Shown: positions 13,586 to 29,858, counted from the first letter of the stretch. The stretch is 64,000 bases of DNA from Chrysomallon squamiferum (GCA_012295275.1 CM022673.1:20026001-20090000), one strand, 5' to 3'. Made by a program: numbers and translations. The notes: generated by a model from the letters alone, not told the origin.

Positions 13586-16500
13586 ATGTCTTTAAAAACA
13601 AGAATTCGTGGGTTCACTGCATGGGTGAATCTTCGACTACTTCCATATAACCATCTTCTAAACAATGTCATGATGGATCTACTTACTGGAACAAGCATGA
13701 AATACCTCATAGAGAGTATCACAGGAAGAGATTTTACTAAGATGGAAAGCTTTGATGGGTAGGTGATTATCAGTAAACAGTAATTTATAAATTCTTATTT
13801 TTGTTCCTACAGTTTTTTGTAAACATATACATGTAAATTTATTAATTTATTAATTACATTTGCAAATGTAAACTGAAACTAGGACTACAGTATATTTTAA
13901 TTTATAACCATATTAATATACGTAACTTAATTTTTTAATTTTCAGCTTGAGTCAGCAACAGAAGCAGACTAGGATTGAATGGATTGTACAGGAATTGAAA
14001 CGGTGCAATGTATTACCTTGTGACATGTCTGTTGATTGTCGTATGTTTGCCATGAGGAGCTCAGAACATGTGAGAATGTCATGTTCATAAATTTAAGTAA
14101 ATTTAAAATCTGTGAATAAGTAACTACTATATAATAATAAATGATAATTCACTGTTCAAAATGTCATTAATAGACAAAAATGTAGATGGTATAAAAGGGC
14201 AAAATGTTATCTTATGCAGGAAATGTAAAAGATGGAATTGTAAATTCTAAAAAAGTTTTGAAGTAAAATCTTGTTAATTTGAATACTAATAAATTTTTGT
14301 TTACATTTAAATTTAATTTGAATTAAATAATCAAGAAAAGAGAATAGATTTTAAAAAACAACAACTGTATTTTCTTTTAATATAGGTGTTTGATCTCTTA
14401 TGGCGATTGGTTACTCATGATATTTGGTTTGTTTGGGAGAGAGCAGAATACCTTCAACATGAAGACAGAGATATTCTTACTCAAGTTAAATTTAAAGTAA
14501 TAAAATAAATCTACATTTAAGTCAAATTTAAAAGTAAGAATCTGTATATGACAAAATGTATTTTGTTTTTAGACATTCTATTATTCAAGCTTACTGGTGT
14601 AATTGAAATAATTGAAGAAAAAAAAAGAAAAGAAAAGAGCTCATAATCATAAATTTAGCTATCTATGGAAGCTATCTCTTGTTTTGTTTTGTTTTTTCTT
14701 CTCATTAGTACTATGTGGTAAGTAATTTTCTTTTTCAATAAAGCAAGTTTTTCAGGAACAGATTTTCTGAATTTTTGTTCGAATGCAAAGCTTATTCCCA
14801 CTTCCACTTAATTAAATATTTAATGGTACATCCAAAATAAAAACAAATTATAATTACCAATGATGCAGTGATATTACTAGTAAAACAGAATTAGTTTTAT
14901 TTTTCATACAAATATTTCCATTTCTAAAGTTTCTATATTCTTTGGCTTGATAATTTAATTTTTAAAAAATACCAAATAATTTTAGTTCAAATTCCTTGAA
15001 AAAGTGAGTATTATTTTTTAATCTAATCTAATTTTATTTTTTGTCAGTGGACACCAGAACCGCCTCCAAAAAAGAAGAAGAAAGGAAAGCTTAAGAAATC
15101 TCTTCTCTCTGGTTTTGGATCATCTGCAGTTGTTGAGGAGGAACCAGTTGATGTAAGATTAGTGATAATCTTTATCTGACTCTCATCAATAGTCACATCT
15201 TTTAATTTCAAAAGATCAAGGTTCATTAAATGTTTCTATATGTTTTTCCTTTGTATTTAACTTTTGACAAGCATTATTAATATTATTTACAATATTTGTC
15301 CCAGTATTAGAGGCAAGAAAAGTAAATATAAATAATAAGATAAAGACTAATAAACAAGATTACATATATTTTACAAAGTACAGACTCTTATAAATGAATT
15401 GCTGAAGTATTTATAATTCTATGAGGCAGTTGTTTTTCCATTGGTTGTATTGCTTCTTCACATATTTTTTAATTTGTTTTTTGTTCACAGCTTAAAATAT
15501 GTTAATTAGAATTGAACTGAAAGATGTGGTTAAATGTCCTCAGTTTGTTTGTAATAGCTTTTGCATGTTGCAGTAGTCAGACAGAAAGAAAATATCAGTG
15601 AAAGCTAAGAAGTTTCAAATGTTGTTTTATAGTGGACATACTAATTATGCTAACTTTGGACTTGTTTTAGAATGAACCTGAACAAGAGTGGGTTAAATTT
15701 CCTAATGCTGACTTTATGAAAAATTTCAAAAGAAAGAGAACAGCTGGAAAATTTCCATCACCAGACCAGTGTATTCTACAGTTAGTTAATGCTCAGCTAA
15801 AAGTGAGTCAAATATTTAATTTGTAATTTAAGTATAAAAAGCAAGATGTGATACGAAAAAACTGCTTAAATATATTTTGAAATTGTGATGGCTTGTCATT
15901 TGTTTCAACATCAGTAAATGTTGTAAACTTCTTTTATTTGTTATCTTTTATTATTCATAGATTTCTTTTTATTTTAGATTAAAAATATCAATGGCATTTC
16001 CTTTAACTAATACATATTCTTTTTTTACCTTGTTTCCTCAGATAAATCTGTTAAAAATCACATTATTTTAATTCCAGAAAACCAAAGAAGGGAAGGGAAT
16101 AACTTGTTATGTAAGTTTTAATATTAAATTTGTTTGTTTGTTTGTTGTTGGTGTTTTTTTGGGGGGTAATATACTGCTATTCAAAGGTATCCTTGTTTGT
16201 ATAAATATTTATTAAATTAAAATAACAAATATACTTTTAATAAAACAATTGTTTTTTTGTATGTTTCAGAGCCTGGATGATTTGGTGGATAGTCGAATTT
16301 TATGTACCTTGGTTAATTCTTTTGTTCCCAACACATTTACTACTGATCTGCTGTTAAATGACAGGTAATTGTAAACAGTATTGTTATTATTATATGAATT
16401 CAAAGCAAACAAACTCCAAACAGATGCAGGTTATATTGCTTCATCACATTTCCAAATTTAGTTTAAATACAAATGCAGACTTAATGAACAGAATCGAAAT

Positions 16501-19500
16501 AACTGTTTGGCTTCCTTTTTGCTACATACTTTAACAGATTTGTTGGAACAAAATAAAAGTGAGTAATCACATTTCACATTTTGCATTTTATCCTTTCAAA
16601 GATTTCTTTTTTTAATGTTTTATATCTGGGATGTTTTATGTACATTTTGATTCTAATTTACAGATGGACAATTAATATTGCTTTAAGAACAGCAGAAAAG
16701 ATGTTCTATAATGAGACCCAATTTGACTCTGAAGATCTTGCTGAGGTTTTCATTATGTTTTTATTTTTTTGAGAACATTCTCATGTCATGTGAAAAGTTA
16801 TTTTCAGAGGGATCACTGAGGTTGAATCCACTTTATTATAACAATAAGTTTTAATTTTTTTTTAATAATTATATAGAATTGCATATATCTTTTCTCACTG
16901 CTTCATTATTTTATTATTTTTATTAATTTGACTCCTTTTTAAAAAAAAAATTATGGAGTACTTGCCTTCCGATCCAGTATATGTTTCAAACTCTGAAGAA
17001 AAATTAATATATGTTTAGAACTTAAGGAACTAAATTCATTTAAATTAATATTTATAACTAATCATAAAATTTATTATAGGACCTAATAGTTTATTATAAA
17101 AATGCATAACTAAAACATTTACTGAGAATTTTGTTTTGAAACAATTTTTAATTTTGTAACTTCCAGGCTGATCCGATGGCTGTGTGTGCTTATTTCACAT
17201 TTTTCTTCATGGTGGCATACAAGTTTCGTCAGTGTCAGGCTGTTGCTGAACGTGTGGTATAGTCTCCTTCAGACTACAATAATGTGTTTTAATACTTACA
17301 TTCATACAAAATTAACATATACAAATGATTTTACACAGTTAACTATATCATTTTGCACTAAGACATTCAAAAACAGAAATAAAATATACAACACAACATA
17401 CAGCAGTTTGGTTTCACAGCTTGTTACTTTAAACATTTATTATTTACTCAGGAATTATATTTTTAATATTATTATTATTGTTATTGAAGAATTGGATTAA
17501 TCAGCTTATCAGAGAATGCAATCATGAACTAGAAAAATATCCTGCTGTGGTTTCTAATCTTCAAGAACTGCAGCGTAAGAAGGAGTTGAAGTCGAATATA
17601 GAAGGACATAAAGAAGGTTTGTTTTTGTAGGACAAACTCGTGAATTAAAACATATATGTATGTTTATAGGTATCTGTATATTTATATTTATTAATATGTG
17701 TTAGCTTGTATGTAAATCCATATACAGACTGCCTGTTAGATACGGTATTTGCAACAGATATTTATTCCTGATTTCAATTATTGGTTATGATGAACTTAAT
17801 TAAAACTGTATGTGCTTTGCTTTACTTTTTAATATATTATATTTTAATATTATATATTTAGCTATTCAGAAAATGGAAAAGCGCTTTGATGTCAAGTATT
17901 GCAAGAAATGGGTGGATCATGTAGATACAGTTCAGTCTGATGTAAATATACATCTTTTTTATTATTTAATTAATACATACATATGTAAAGAGAAAAATAT
18001 CCAATGAAGGAAGAAAGTATTTTTATAGTGTTACCATTTCTAATAATTGGTGTAGAATATGAATATATTTTATAATTGTATTTCACGATAAACTTCTTTT
18101 TTTGCTAAATGTAGCAGTATTTGCAGAAAGTATTATGATTGCTAAATTAATAATTTCTCAGTCATTCTTTATTTAAAATTTTAAAAATAATATTACATAA
18201 TTGTTTGTAGGCATGACGCAGGTTTTGATGGAATAAGATAAACCACATTCTACAGATAAGTGATATGCAATGCATGGGGATGCAATGTCATAGATTTTAG
18301 ATGAAATTTGCAAAAATAAGTGCCTTGTTTTAGCATAATCTCATTTTATTAACTGATTTGAGCAAAAAACATGTACAGACATGAAAGTCGAGATGTTTTC
18401 AAAACCATTAATGGTGAAAACAAATTGATCTGTTGATTCATTGGACTTCATTAATAGGCTGTAACTCAATATTACATTGTGCAAACATCTGACTGGTTAT
18501 CCTACACAATTTATAAAAATGTTTAAAATATTAGCTAATAATTTGTTTTTCTGTAGGTGCGGAAAGAAATCCGTGAAAAAATCAAGAGTCGATTTGATGT
18601 GCTGACAGTTCCTAGAAGTATCACAATTAATGACCTGTGTCTGTCATATGTTATTAACCTGGTTTGTTCATTCTCATGGTTAATGCAGGAGTGTTATTTA
18701 ATAATTATATGCTAATAATTTCAAGCTGTTTCTCAATACATATTTTAATGAAAAATTATTTTTATGTAATCTCAGGCACTTGGTAGTTTTTATTTAGTGA
18801 AAGTGAAAGAAACATAAAATTTTATATAATAATATGTCATAATAAGAATAATTAAAATAACATACTGTTATTAAATAATTATATATTGAGAAACACTAAT
18901 AAAAAAATTAATCCTAAAAATAATTACTTTCTAATGATTTTCAAATGTTCAGGGTTACTGGTTAAATATTGCCTACAATTCCAAACATCAAAAAACATAT
19001 TTTGTAAAGACACTCTTGTTGTTTTCTGTTTTCGTTTTATTTGTTTGTTTGTTTTGGTTTTGGTTTTTCATTATTGCTTTACAATGAAATAGAATTTTTC
19101 ATTTGTGTACTTAACCATAATTTATTATTCCAGTATACACTGTACTTTTTATTTTATTTTAATTTTAATTTGTTTTAATTTTATTTAAAAAAAATAAAAT
19201 TATCTTGGTTTCAGAAAAAAACACTCAGAAAAATAACTTCCTAAGTATATTGAATATAGTAAATTTTTCGCACATTTTTTACACTGATATATATTTTCAG
19301 AGCTTGACTAATGGATCTGGCTTTTACAAGGCAGAAGGCAAGGAGATGTTGACTGAAGGAAGGCGACTTGTACTGAGAAACAAAGAGACAGGAGAGTTCA
19401 CAGATGACTTCACTGGAAAAATTAAAGGTTAGCATGTCTTTGATTGAAATAAATAGATAAATAAGTAAACAAACATAAAAACAAATAACAGAATAAAATG

Positions 19501-21594
19501 GTGAGAAAATTTGTGATTTATTTTCTTCATCACATAAAATCTACAGTTCATTGTTTTAAGTGTTATAATTTTGTAGTTTCTGTCAGACATTTGTTGAAAC
19601 TACCAGCTACCAGTGCTGTGGAAATAAATCCTCCAGATTATGCAAACTATGAGGTAAGATATTATTTGACTTTACATTATTATTGACACTAATTTTTTCA
19701 CAGAGCTATAACTGAACTGTTATCTGTTCTTTATTTTGTTCATGAGGTATTTTATTTGTGTGTCTGCTCTCAAATTCTGTTTTCAGTTTCTTTTAGTATT
19801 TTACTGATAAATTTGTTAACAATGATAGATCTTAAAAAAGAATTTCTGTATTTTTAAATATTCTTCCAACATGGACATTTATTATTCATATCTAAAAAAA
19901 ACAACCAGTAACAAAATATTTTCATCAACAAGTTGTGTGTTTTTTTAATGTCAACTGTTCTGTTTTTCACACAGCTTTTCTTTGAAGCACAGAGTCGAAA
20001 CAAACATTTCAAGACAGGAACTCTGTTTCTCTATCAAGTGTTTCCTGGCAACACAATCATGTGGAATCGCATGTTTATACGAGCAGCTAAGGAGAATGAG
20101 GTTGACACACTGGAAAAACTATTGACTTTCTTTCGAGGTCACCCTAGATTTATCAACAGTCGTGAACCTAAGACAGGAAATACAGCCCTACACTGGGCCT
20201 GCAGACATGGACACTATGTAAAAATACAGTAATAATTTTTAAAAGATAAAATTTAAGAAAAATGAATTACTTCTGTTTGTTTTCCATGTTCATTTTCTTA
20301 ACTGACATCATCAAACTCTGGATTGTATTTATAGAACTCTCATGAAATCTATTCTGTCAAAAAAGAAATGCATAGGTGAAATATTCATGGAATTATCAGT
20401 TTGATAGAAGTAGCATAATTTGATTATTTATTATCAGTACAATCTGACAAATATAACAATACCCTTGCTATGAACTGACAGCAGTGGAGGTGTTTTTGTG
20501 ACTAAACAATGTTTTAAGAGAGCACTGAAATCAATACTGGTCACCAGCAGCAATCACTGCATCACATCACTGCAGTTGTTAAGCAAGATCATCCATATCT
20601 GGGCTGGTCTCAAAAGATATTAAACACTGCTGTGATGAAATTCATGTGGTGTGTGACTGCTGACTGCATTTTACTCAACTACAGGCAGCCTATTGGAGTG
20701 TAGTTCCATGCAATTGTTGAACAATGCTGTTCCATTCAAATAACATTAATAAACATGATCATTAAACAACACTGTACAAAAATAAAATTATAATTTGTAA
20801 AATCAAACACTTTTCTTGTTTCCATAACACCTGTGTGTTTCTTTTTTGACAGAATATATTATTTTGAAAGCAAATTTCTACATTAAACAATTACTTGGTA
20901 ATAAGATACTCTTCAGACTGTTTGAGAACATCTGTACTCCTTGTATTAGAGATGAAAAATGGTATTATATCCAAAATACTGTTTGAATTCTATTATTAAT
21001 TTTGAAATTGTTTCTGTCTAGGAAATTGTCGCATTGATGTTAGACCATGGAGCAAATATTGATGCAAAGAACAATTTCCAATGCACACCATTGTATGCTG
21101 CAATTGAAGGTCTCCAGAGAAAAGTTTGTCATGTAAGCTGTTTGTTTTTCATTGTAGCACACATACACACACACACACAAATATAGGGAATACCAAGTTA
21201 CTGTCTTAAAATATCATCTTTATCCTGTGAAGGTGAGAATGTTGAATTGCAGTTCAGCATAGCCTTTAACAATCATGAGCAGGAAAAAGCTGGCATTTTA
21301 AGACAGCAACCAGTTATTTCTTTCCTCTTCGCAATCCTAAATAATAAAAAAATTAAATGAAATTAACTGTTTTATTTCTCAAAACATTGCTTATGACTGC
21401 TGCAGATTCATGAAAAACTTTTTGTTGCCATCAGGACAAAATAGTGCTTAAATAATAACAATTTATTTGTTTTTTTTTTTAAATGAAACCTTTTCAGAAT
21501 GGTAATTTAAACAGTAACTTTCAACAAAACTATAGAAATTTAGCTAGTCATCATATCTTGCCACCATGTACAGTGATTGCAAGATATATATAAA

Positions 21595-21666
<72 letters not shown>

Positions 21667-24600
21667 ATTATAACTGTATATCTAAATCCTTTGCTGTTAA
21701 TGTTATGATAACTGTAAAATAAATTGTTTTCTATTTTTAATTGTTATTAGCTTAATAATAAAGATTTTTAATTTTTCATGTATCTTTTCATAATTAATAA
21801 TGGATAAATTTTGTAAGTATTTATAAATGATTTTTTCTTTGGAACAGCAGTTTTTTATTATTTCTTTACAATAATTAATAATTGTTATATCTCATTACAC
21901 AAAAAAGTAACCTAATTTTTATAATGCAGTTGTTAATTGAATGGGGCTGTGATCTTCACTGTAAGAATGTCAGAAGTCAGACAGCAATAGAGAGCTGCAA
22001 GAATGATGAATTTAGAAAATATCTTACTGGTGAGTGAATGAGTGTAGAATTTGGTCTTTTACATTTAATCCACTATTATAGCTTTTGAGGAAAAAAGATC
22101 AATAAAAATTATTTTTCATATAATATATCAAGACCAAGTGTATCACAGAAATAGTTTTATACTTTACTAAAATACATGGGTAGAGTGAAAGTGAAGGTAA
22201 ATTTTCAGGTCTTCCTTTTATTTCTTTTTTTCTTTTTTTGTGTCTGTTTCTAGCTTTTCTTCTTTTCCTGAATTCTTTAACTACAACACTGAGTGCCCTA
22301 GCTGACCTAGTGCCAGGTTAAATTTCATAAACAAATAAACCTGATAACTGAGAAACATCTCAGATCTGATTTAGAAAACACTGCTACTCTGACATGATCA
22401 TCTGAATAATATTGCAAAATTTTAATCTTTGACATACATCTGTGAGCAAACAGAAATGTTAACTTTTATCTATTGAGGAACTGTTTGAGAATAGACAGGA
22501 ACATGAACATGAATTTATTTATCAAGTCACTAGCCAATGTTTATTATTCTGAACCAGTTGAAGATGTGTTTGTATTTATTACTTTTTTTAAATTTATTTA
22601 TTGAATTATTTATAGTAGTACCATTCCAGCATGTGAATTTTCAGATGGGTAATTAAATAATTAATATCTATTATTTTCATTGAACATTTAACAAATTTAC
22701 AGTGAATAATATGACTATATTTGATGTAATCATAAAAATATATAAGAATTATTAGCAATTACTATTTTTAAATAACTAAACCTATTGCATTACAATGTCT
22801 CTTTTAAATATAGATGTTATTTAATATCAGCAGATGTTGGACAAAACGAGTTTAACATTCCTGGATGTAGTTTAAATACTTTGCATATAAAAAGATGTTT
22901 TAGATAATGAAGTCTGTATTAATGTTCACAAATGTACATCACAAATATTTTAATGTGATACAGTTTAATATTATGGGATAATGTAAGCTTTAAGTATCTA
23001 TGAATGCTGTAATGTTTTTACACAGACTTATATGAACACTATTCTAACATCATTCCACAAATAATGAATGGGGACATGAAACTTTTGGAGGAGGTCATTC
23101 AACAACATCGCTCAGGTGAATACATATTCTGCTCACTGACAAGCAGGTAAGAAATGATTGGAAAATTGAAATTTTGTTATTTAAAAAAAATAAAAGAAAG
23201 AAATGATTTTTGTTATTTCCTGTTTTGTAAAGGTTTTTATTCATTGTTTTTGGCTATGGACTGATTTGTACTGCAAAAATGTAGTATTTAAGAGGGTTGA
23301 TTTTGTGATCTTTCACACTTCTATTATCTGAATGCTTGTTTGCTTGATAAGTCACATCCAAAGCATGTCTAATATATATCATACAGATGTGTTAATGGTT
23401 CAACACTCCTGCACACAGCTGCTTACTATGGCCATAAGGCATCAATACAAGAACTGCTGGATCAGAGAGTTGACATAAATTTGAAAGATTACAAAGGAGC
23501 AACACCACTTCACAGAGCCAAGGACCATGATACAGTACAGGTAAATGTGTTAGAAAGGTACATCTTACAAGCAGTTTTGTTATGAAAAGAAATTTATTTT
23601 TATTTTATTTTATTTTAGTATATTTTAATACTTTTAAATGTTGAATAACTCTTTTTAAAACTTATCATTATTTTTTATGAAATAAACTGGATGCAGATTA
23701 ATTTTTAAAATGTAAAATTGGGTTTTGTTTTTAATCAGATGCTGCTGGAGTCTGGAGCTGTTATTAATGCTGTTGATTCTGAAGGAAACACTCCTCTACA
23801 TGTAAAATGTTATGGAGAAATGGACAAACCTTCAGATTTGTCATCAATTGAGATGCTGCTCTCAGAAGGTGCTGATCCAGTCCGACAAAATAACAGGGTA
23901 AATCTTTAATTACTACTGCTTATCCAAAGAAATAATAAGTTAATAACTGAAAGTTTTAGACAGTTTTATGTACAAGGTGAATAAACATATTTCAAATTAA
24001 AATATTTAAAGTTTTAAATGCATCTACTTTCTGTAAGAGCTGATCATGTATTGATATACGTGTTTTTGAATATGGAAATTATGACTTTGTTTTTTCAGAA
24101 TCTGTTGCCAATTCACTGCTGTGCAATGCAAGGTCGTGTGGATGTAATGAAGATGTTAATAAAAGCTGACACTGATGAGAAGATATTGAAAGCTCTCAAT
24201 AATGAAGAAAGCAGAAATCCTCCAAGTCTTGTCCATTTGGCAATTGCAAATGACTTTCTCCAATGTGCTGAATGGTATAAGTCAGCCAATGTATCTTTAG
24301 CTTATATTTATTTATTAATGTATATTTAACTGATGAACTATAATAAAAAAAATTACATTTTATGTTAATATTAAATAATGCAAGTTTGTGTAGGTGTTTC
24401 TGTTTTTATGTATATTATACAATTTATAATTTCTAACTTAATTTATATCATACAACAATCTTCTTATTTTGGCTGGTCACAGGCTGCTGCAAAATGGGTT
24501 TAAATTTAAGCCTAAAGAAGTTGACATTCTTCTGAAGAGAATTCTCACTGACCAAATCAAACTGTGAGTTGTGAAAAATTTAAATAGTAAAAGCAAAGAT

Positions 24601-26614
24601 TCTGTTTGATTATTAGTGTATTATTTCAGTTAAATATTTTAATCTGGTTAATTATCATAAGCTTGTAATGGTTGTAGTAGTGGTGGTAGTGATAGTAATA
24701 GTGTAGTTGTAATAAGAAAAATAGCAACAGCAGCAATGGCTATAGTCAAAATTCATTTGCAGCTTTACACATCTTTTTGTAATTACAGAACTCATCAGGC
24801 TGATGCTGTAAAGTTTCTGTTAAACTGTGGAGCAGATCCAAATCCCTCCTACCCTGATGGCAATTCGTTAGTATATAACACATTATTTTAGTTCTTATGT
24901 AATTATAATATTTGGTTTGGAAAAATAAACAAATAAAGGAAATAAATAAAATTCATGCCAGTTTAGTGTGTTTGAGAAAAATCTTCTTTTGAATGTTTTT
25001 TCTGAGACTATTTAATTGTAAACTAATAGTAAGGTACAGCTGTTTACAAACAGCAATAACATTTCATTTATGTAAAATTGACAGAATAATTACTTCTATT
25101 TCAAAAAAGTAAAAAAGAAATATACAGAATATTTGTGTTTAATCCAGAATTAATTTTTGTTTTAAACATGTTTTCATACAATTCAAAACATTAATATTCA
25201 ATTCTAATCTGCAATAAAAGTATTGTCATATTTTCATTTGTTACATTTTTCTGTAGTCAAATAATTTACACAAATGTTTGTAATTTTGAGTGAAATGAAA
25301 ATATAACTACTTAAATATGCTTGCTCTAAATGAGAACAACAAAACTGGTAAAAATAAAACAAACATCAAACATAGTTTATATATTTAAAAAAATGTATTT
25401 TCTTCAGAGCTCTCCATTTTGCTGCCAGTCTCCCTGGATCAACAGACATCTTGGAAATGCTACTGGCATATGGTGCCGAGGCAGACTGTGTGAATGATGA
25501 TGGTTGCACACCACTATTTTTTGCTACTCAGGCCAACAATAAATTTGCAGCATGTGTTCTCATTGCTCAAGGAACTAATGTAAGACAGAAAAATTATCAA
25601 GGTATGTAGAAGTTGTTGAATATAGCTAATTATTCAGAGACTGATACTTTATTAGTAAGAATAATTTAATTTCAGTTACCTTAAAAAATAGGCAGAATTA
25701 GTTTTAGATTGAAGAATATTTCTATTAAAATAATCTTACTGATTTGGTTGTATGCCAAATATTTCTGTTCTTCAGAACTTATAATTGATTTTTTTTAAAG
25801 TTTGTATTTACTAATCAATATAGTGCAGTAGTGGCAAAACTATGACATGCGAGGGCATTTTAAGTGACATGCGTGACACTGAGTACCTTGGACATTGATT
25901 TAATATATTCTCAAATATTTTTGGTCTCATAATTACCACCATTGATATAGTGATAGTGTTAAAACTAAAGAATAACACTGTTGTTCAAATACAGGAAAAT
26001 ATTTACATAAATAATATCTTTTATATCAGGCCTTACAGCATTTGACAACATAATGGATTTTGATGAGTGGATTGATTCAGGTTATTTTACTGATGAAATA
26101 AAAGCCCGGTTGAAAGGTATTTTTTTACATAAATCTATTACTAATTTTTATTTATTTTTTCTTTTAGCAATAATCTGAGCTAAAATGATACAAAATTAAG
26201 AGCTTGTTCTGTGTATCATTCTACATGTGTGATACAGCTGATGTTACAAACATTTAAATTCTTCTTTACTTTAAGTTGTTTCTGAGAAATAATTAGTAAG
26301 AATTAGATTTAATTTTTCTGATTTGTGTTACTTTTCCTTTAACAATCTGAAAATCAATAATCAATTTTCTTTTTCAATATCTTTCAGCTTACAATCTGAA
26401 ACATGCTCGTGACCTTATTCGAGCTATTTCAAAACGAGTCAAACCAAATCCTTCTCAGCAGAAATACAATCTCATTCCTTCATCCCAGATGATTCAGCCG
26501 TCATTGTTAAACAGTCCTTATGCCATGAAACCACCTCAGCCGTCATTCAGCCAGAGAAACTCAGCAGTAGCTTTACCACCCATCAGACAGGAGACCTCAT
26601 ATTATTCGTGTTAA
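13586..26614 (+). CDS. Uncharacterised tandem calponin-homology-like + ankyrin-repeat protein (about 1060 aa, 26 coding exons)
   Basis: Approximate exons: 13586-13758, 13946-14069, 14386-14496, 15048-15152, 15671-15802, 16078-16110, 16270-16363, 16664-16745, 17167-17256, 17490-17616, 17862-17941, 18557-18661, 19301-19427, 19577-19653, 19974-20217, 21022-21132, 21930-22029, 23026-23146, 23387-23540, 23739-23897, 24099-24274, 24482-24563, 24789-24866, 25408-25601, 26030-26116, 26388-26614 (TAA). The N-terminus GFTAWVNLRL...DLLTG...LIESITG is CH-like, and a second CH-like block is SLDDLVDSRILCTLVNSFVP. Ankyrin motifs: GNTALHWACRHGH, GSTLLHTAAYYGH, GATPLHRA, GNTPLH, GNSALHFAA, GCTPLFFA. Confidence 0.85.
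21197..21310. repeat. ~114-bp imperfect palindrome (hairpin-type element) in an intron
   Basis: GTTACTGTCTTAAAATATCATCTTTATCCTG (21197-21227) pairs with CAGGAAAAAGCTGGCATTTTAAGACAGCAAC (21280-21310). The centre, ATGTTGAA-TTGCAG-TTCAGCAT, is also self-complementary. Confidence 0.7.
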
Positions 26615-27190
26615 TGTTTAATACTTTTGCTTTCAATTGATTATCCAGCTTCCTTAATGTGCATATTTGTATATTCTTTGTTTTAACAGTTTCCACTTCT
26701 GGTTCTTGATGATGTAATGAATATATTATAATATTAATAGATGTTTTTTCAGAATTACTCAATGACTAGCAGCTAGGTATCTTTTATATATAACTTTCCA
26801 TTGATAGGAAACGATATACCAGATAATAAACCAAACTGACCATTGGCTTGAAAAGCAAACAGAGACGCTGATGACTTGTAAATTAAAAACTATTTTGCAG
26901 TGTTTTCATTGCTTTGTTTAATACAAATAATGAATCTCTTTTATTGTTGTCTACATAACAGTGGATACATTTACCCATATAATTTCACTTCTACAAGTAC
27001 TGGAAGAAGGATTAATACACAGATCTGATATATGACCCTCTTTTCAGTCATTTCAAATTAACAGCTAAGTGTAGAATATACTGAAACAAAGTTGTATTAG
27101 TTTTGCATTTTATAAAAGTTTATATTTAAAAGTTTGAAACCGCAGACTAATTATTTACCAGTATATTTTGATTTTTTCTAAATCTTAAAA

Positions 27191-27800
27191 CAGTGGTACC
27201 TCGACTTACGAGTGCCACAGTTATGAGCAGTCACCCTGTCAATTTTTTGCTTCGAGCTGCAAGCCAATATCCAAGTTACAGTAAACAACATAACATCCAG
27301 CCAGCATCCTGTCTCACTCATTTACCTAACATGGTTACCTTGCCATGGAACATCTCTGGTGTGTTGTGATCACGTTTTGTGCATTATTTTGCAAAAATTT
27401 TCTGGCCATGGATCCTAAGAAAGTGCTGAGAAGAAACAGATGATGTCCATTGAATTAAAACTTGAATTCATAGCAAAACATGAGCAAGGTCTGCATATAG
27501 TTGACATGGCTTGTCAGTATGTACTATACTGAATCAGAAGGAGTCGACAAAGGCTGTAACTGCAGCCAAAGGCGTTAAAATAATTTGTCTGAAATACACT
27601 TTACAAAACCAATTTATTTCTTTACATTCTTTTATTTTGTTTTTATACAATATTTGTTATTTAAAAACAATTTACAAAAAAAAAGAAAACAATGGGGTGG
27701 TTTTGGGAGGCTGGAATGGATTAATGGTAGTTCAATTAATTTCAATTAGGAAAACAGATTTGATATATAAGCTCGGTCACAGAATGAATTAAACTCAGTG
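27191..27800 (+). mobile_element. Tigger/pogo-like non-autonomous element, copy 1 (degraded right end)
   Basis: Begins CAGTGGTACCTCGACTTACGAG. Contains a frameshifted CENP-B-like N-terminal HTH remnant (MDPKK..., MMSIELKLEFIAKHEQGLHIVD, VCTILNQKESTKAVTAAKGVKII). Homologous in reverse orientation to 49755-50525. Confidence 0.8.
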
Positions 27801-28552
27801 TATTACTATTACAAAGCCTATGAATGTAACATGCTTTTAAATTTGATCAGAATTACCAGCAACTTAGTTTTGCTTTATAATTTAAGTTGTTTCTGAGGAA
27901 TAATTAGTAAGAATTAAACAGTAAATTTTGTCGTACTGACAGTTCTTTAACTTGATGCTAATATTCTCTTTCATTAGCTGGAAGTAATATAAATCCAAGG
28001 AGACAAAACCATATACTCATTTGCTTCAAAGCAATTTACTGAATTTATCAGTTTTTAAAATATATTTATTATTTATTATTTACTGTTGGTCTTTTATTTG
28101 TATTGACTAAAATTTTAATAAATATATTTTGTTTTTCTTTTCATTTTGACAATAAATTTATTAATAATTAACCATTAATTTTGTGTTTTATGTGTCTCCA
28201 GTCAGCTACATGAAGTTTTGTTCTGAATATGACAATGCAGATCATGTCACAATTCAGAGGAATTCACACAGTTGATCAGCATTTTACTTCCTATAAATGT
28301 TTTATTTATTATTTAAAAATAAGTTTTCATTCTGAAAAAAGACAATAACTGCATTATCTGACATCTATAAAATCCAATATGATAGCAAAATTAAAGACAC
28401 TTCTTTTAAAAGTCAAATTATGGATAGGGAAATTCAATGAACATTTTCAGATAATAATATCATGAATCCAGTAACAACAACAAAAAACCCACATTAAATA
28501 GTTGATGAACTCGGCACAAAAACACTCAAACATATTTCCATCTAATTTATTA

Positions 28553-29858
<1,306 letters not shown>

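Noticed and set aside
25826-25890. hAT-like terminal sequence CAGTAGTGGCAAAACTATGACATGCG
   Set aside because: Only one short end is visible, with no matching TIR or 8-bp TSD, so it is too weak to annotate.
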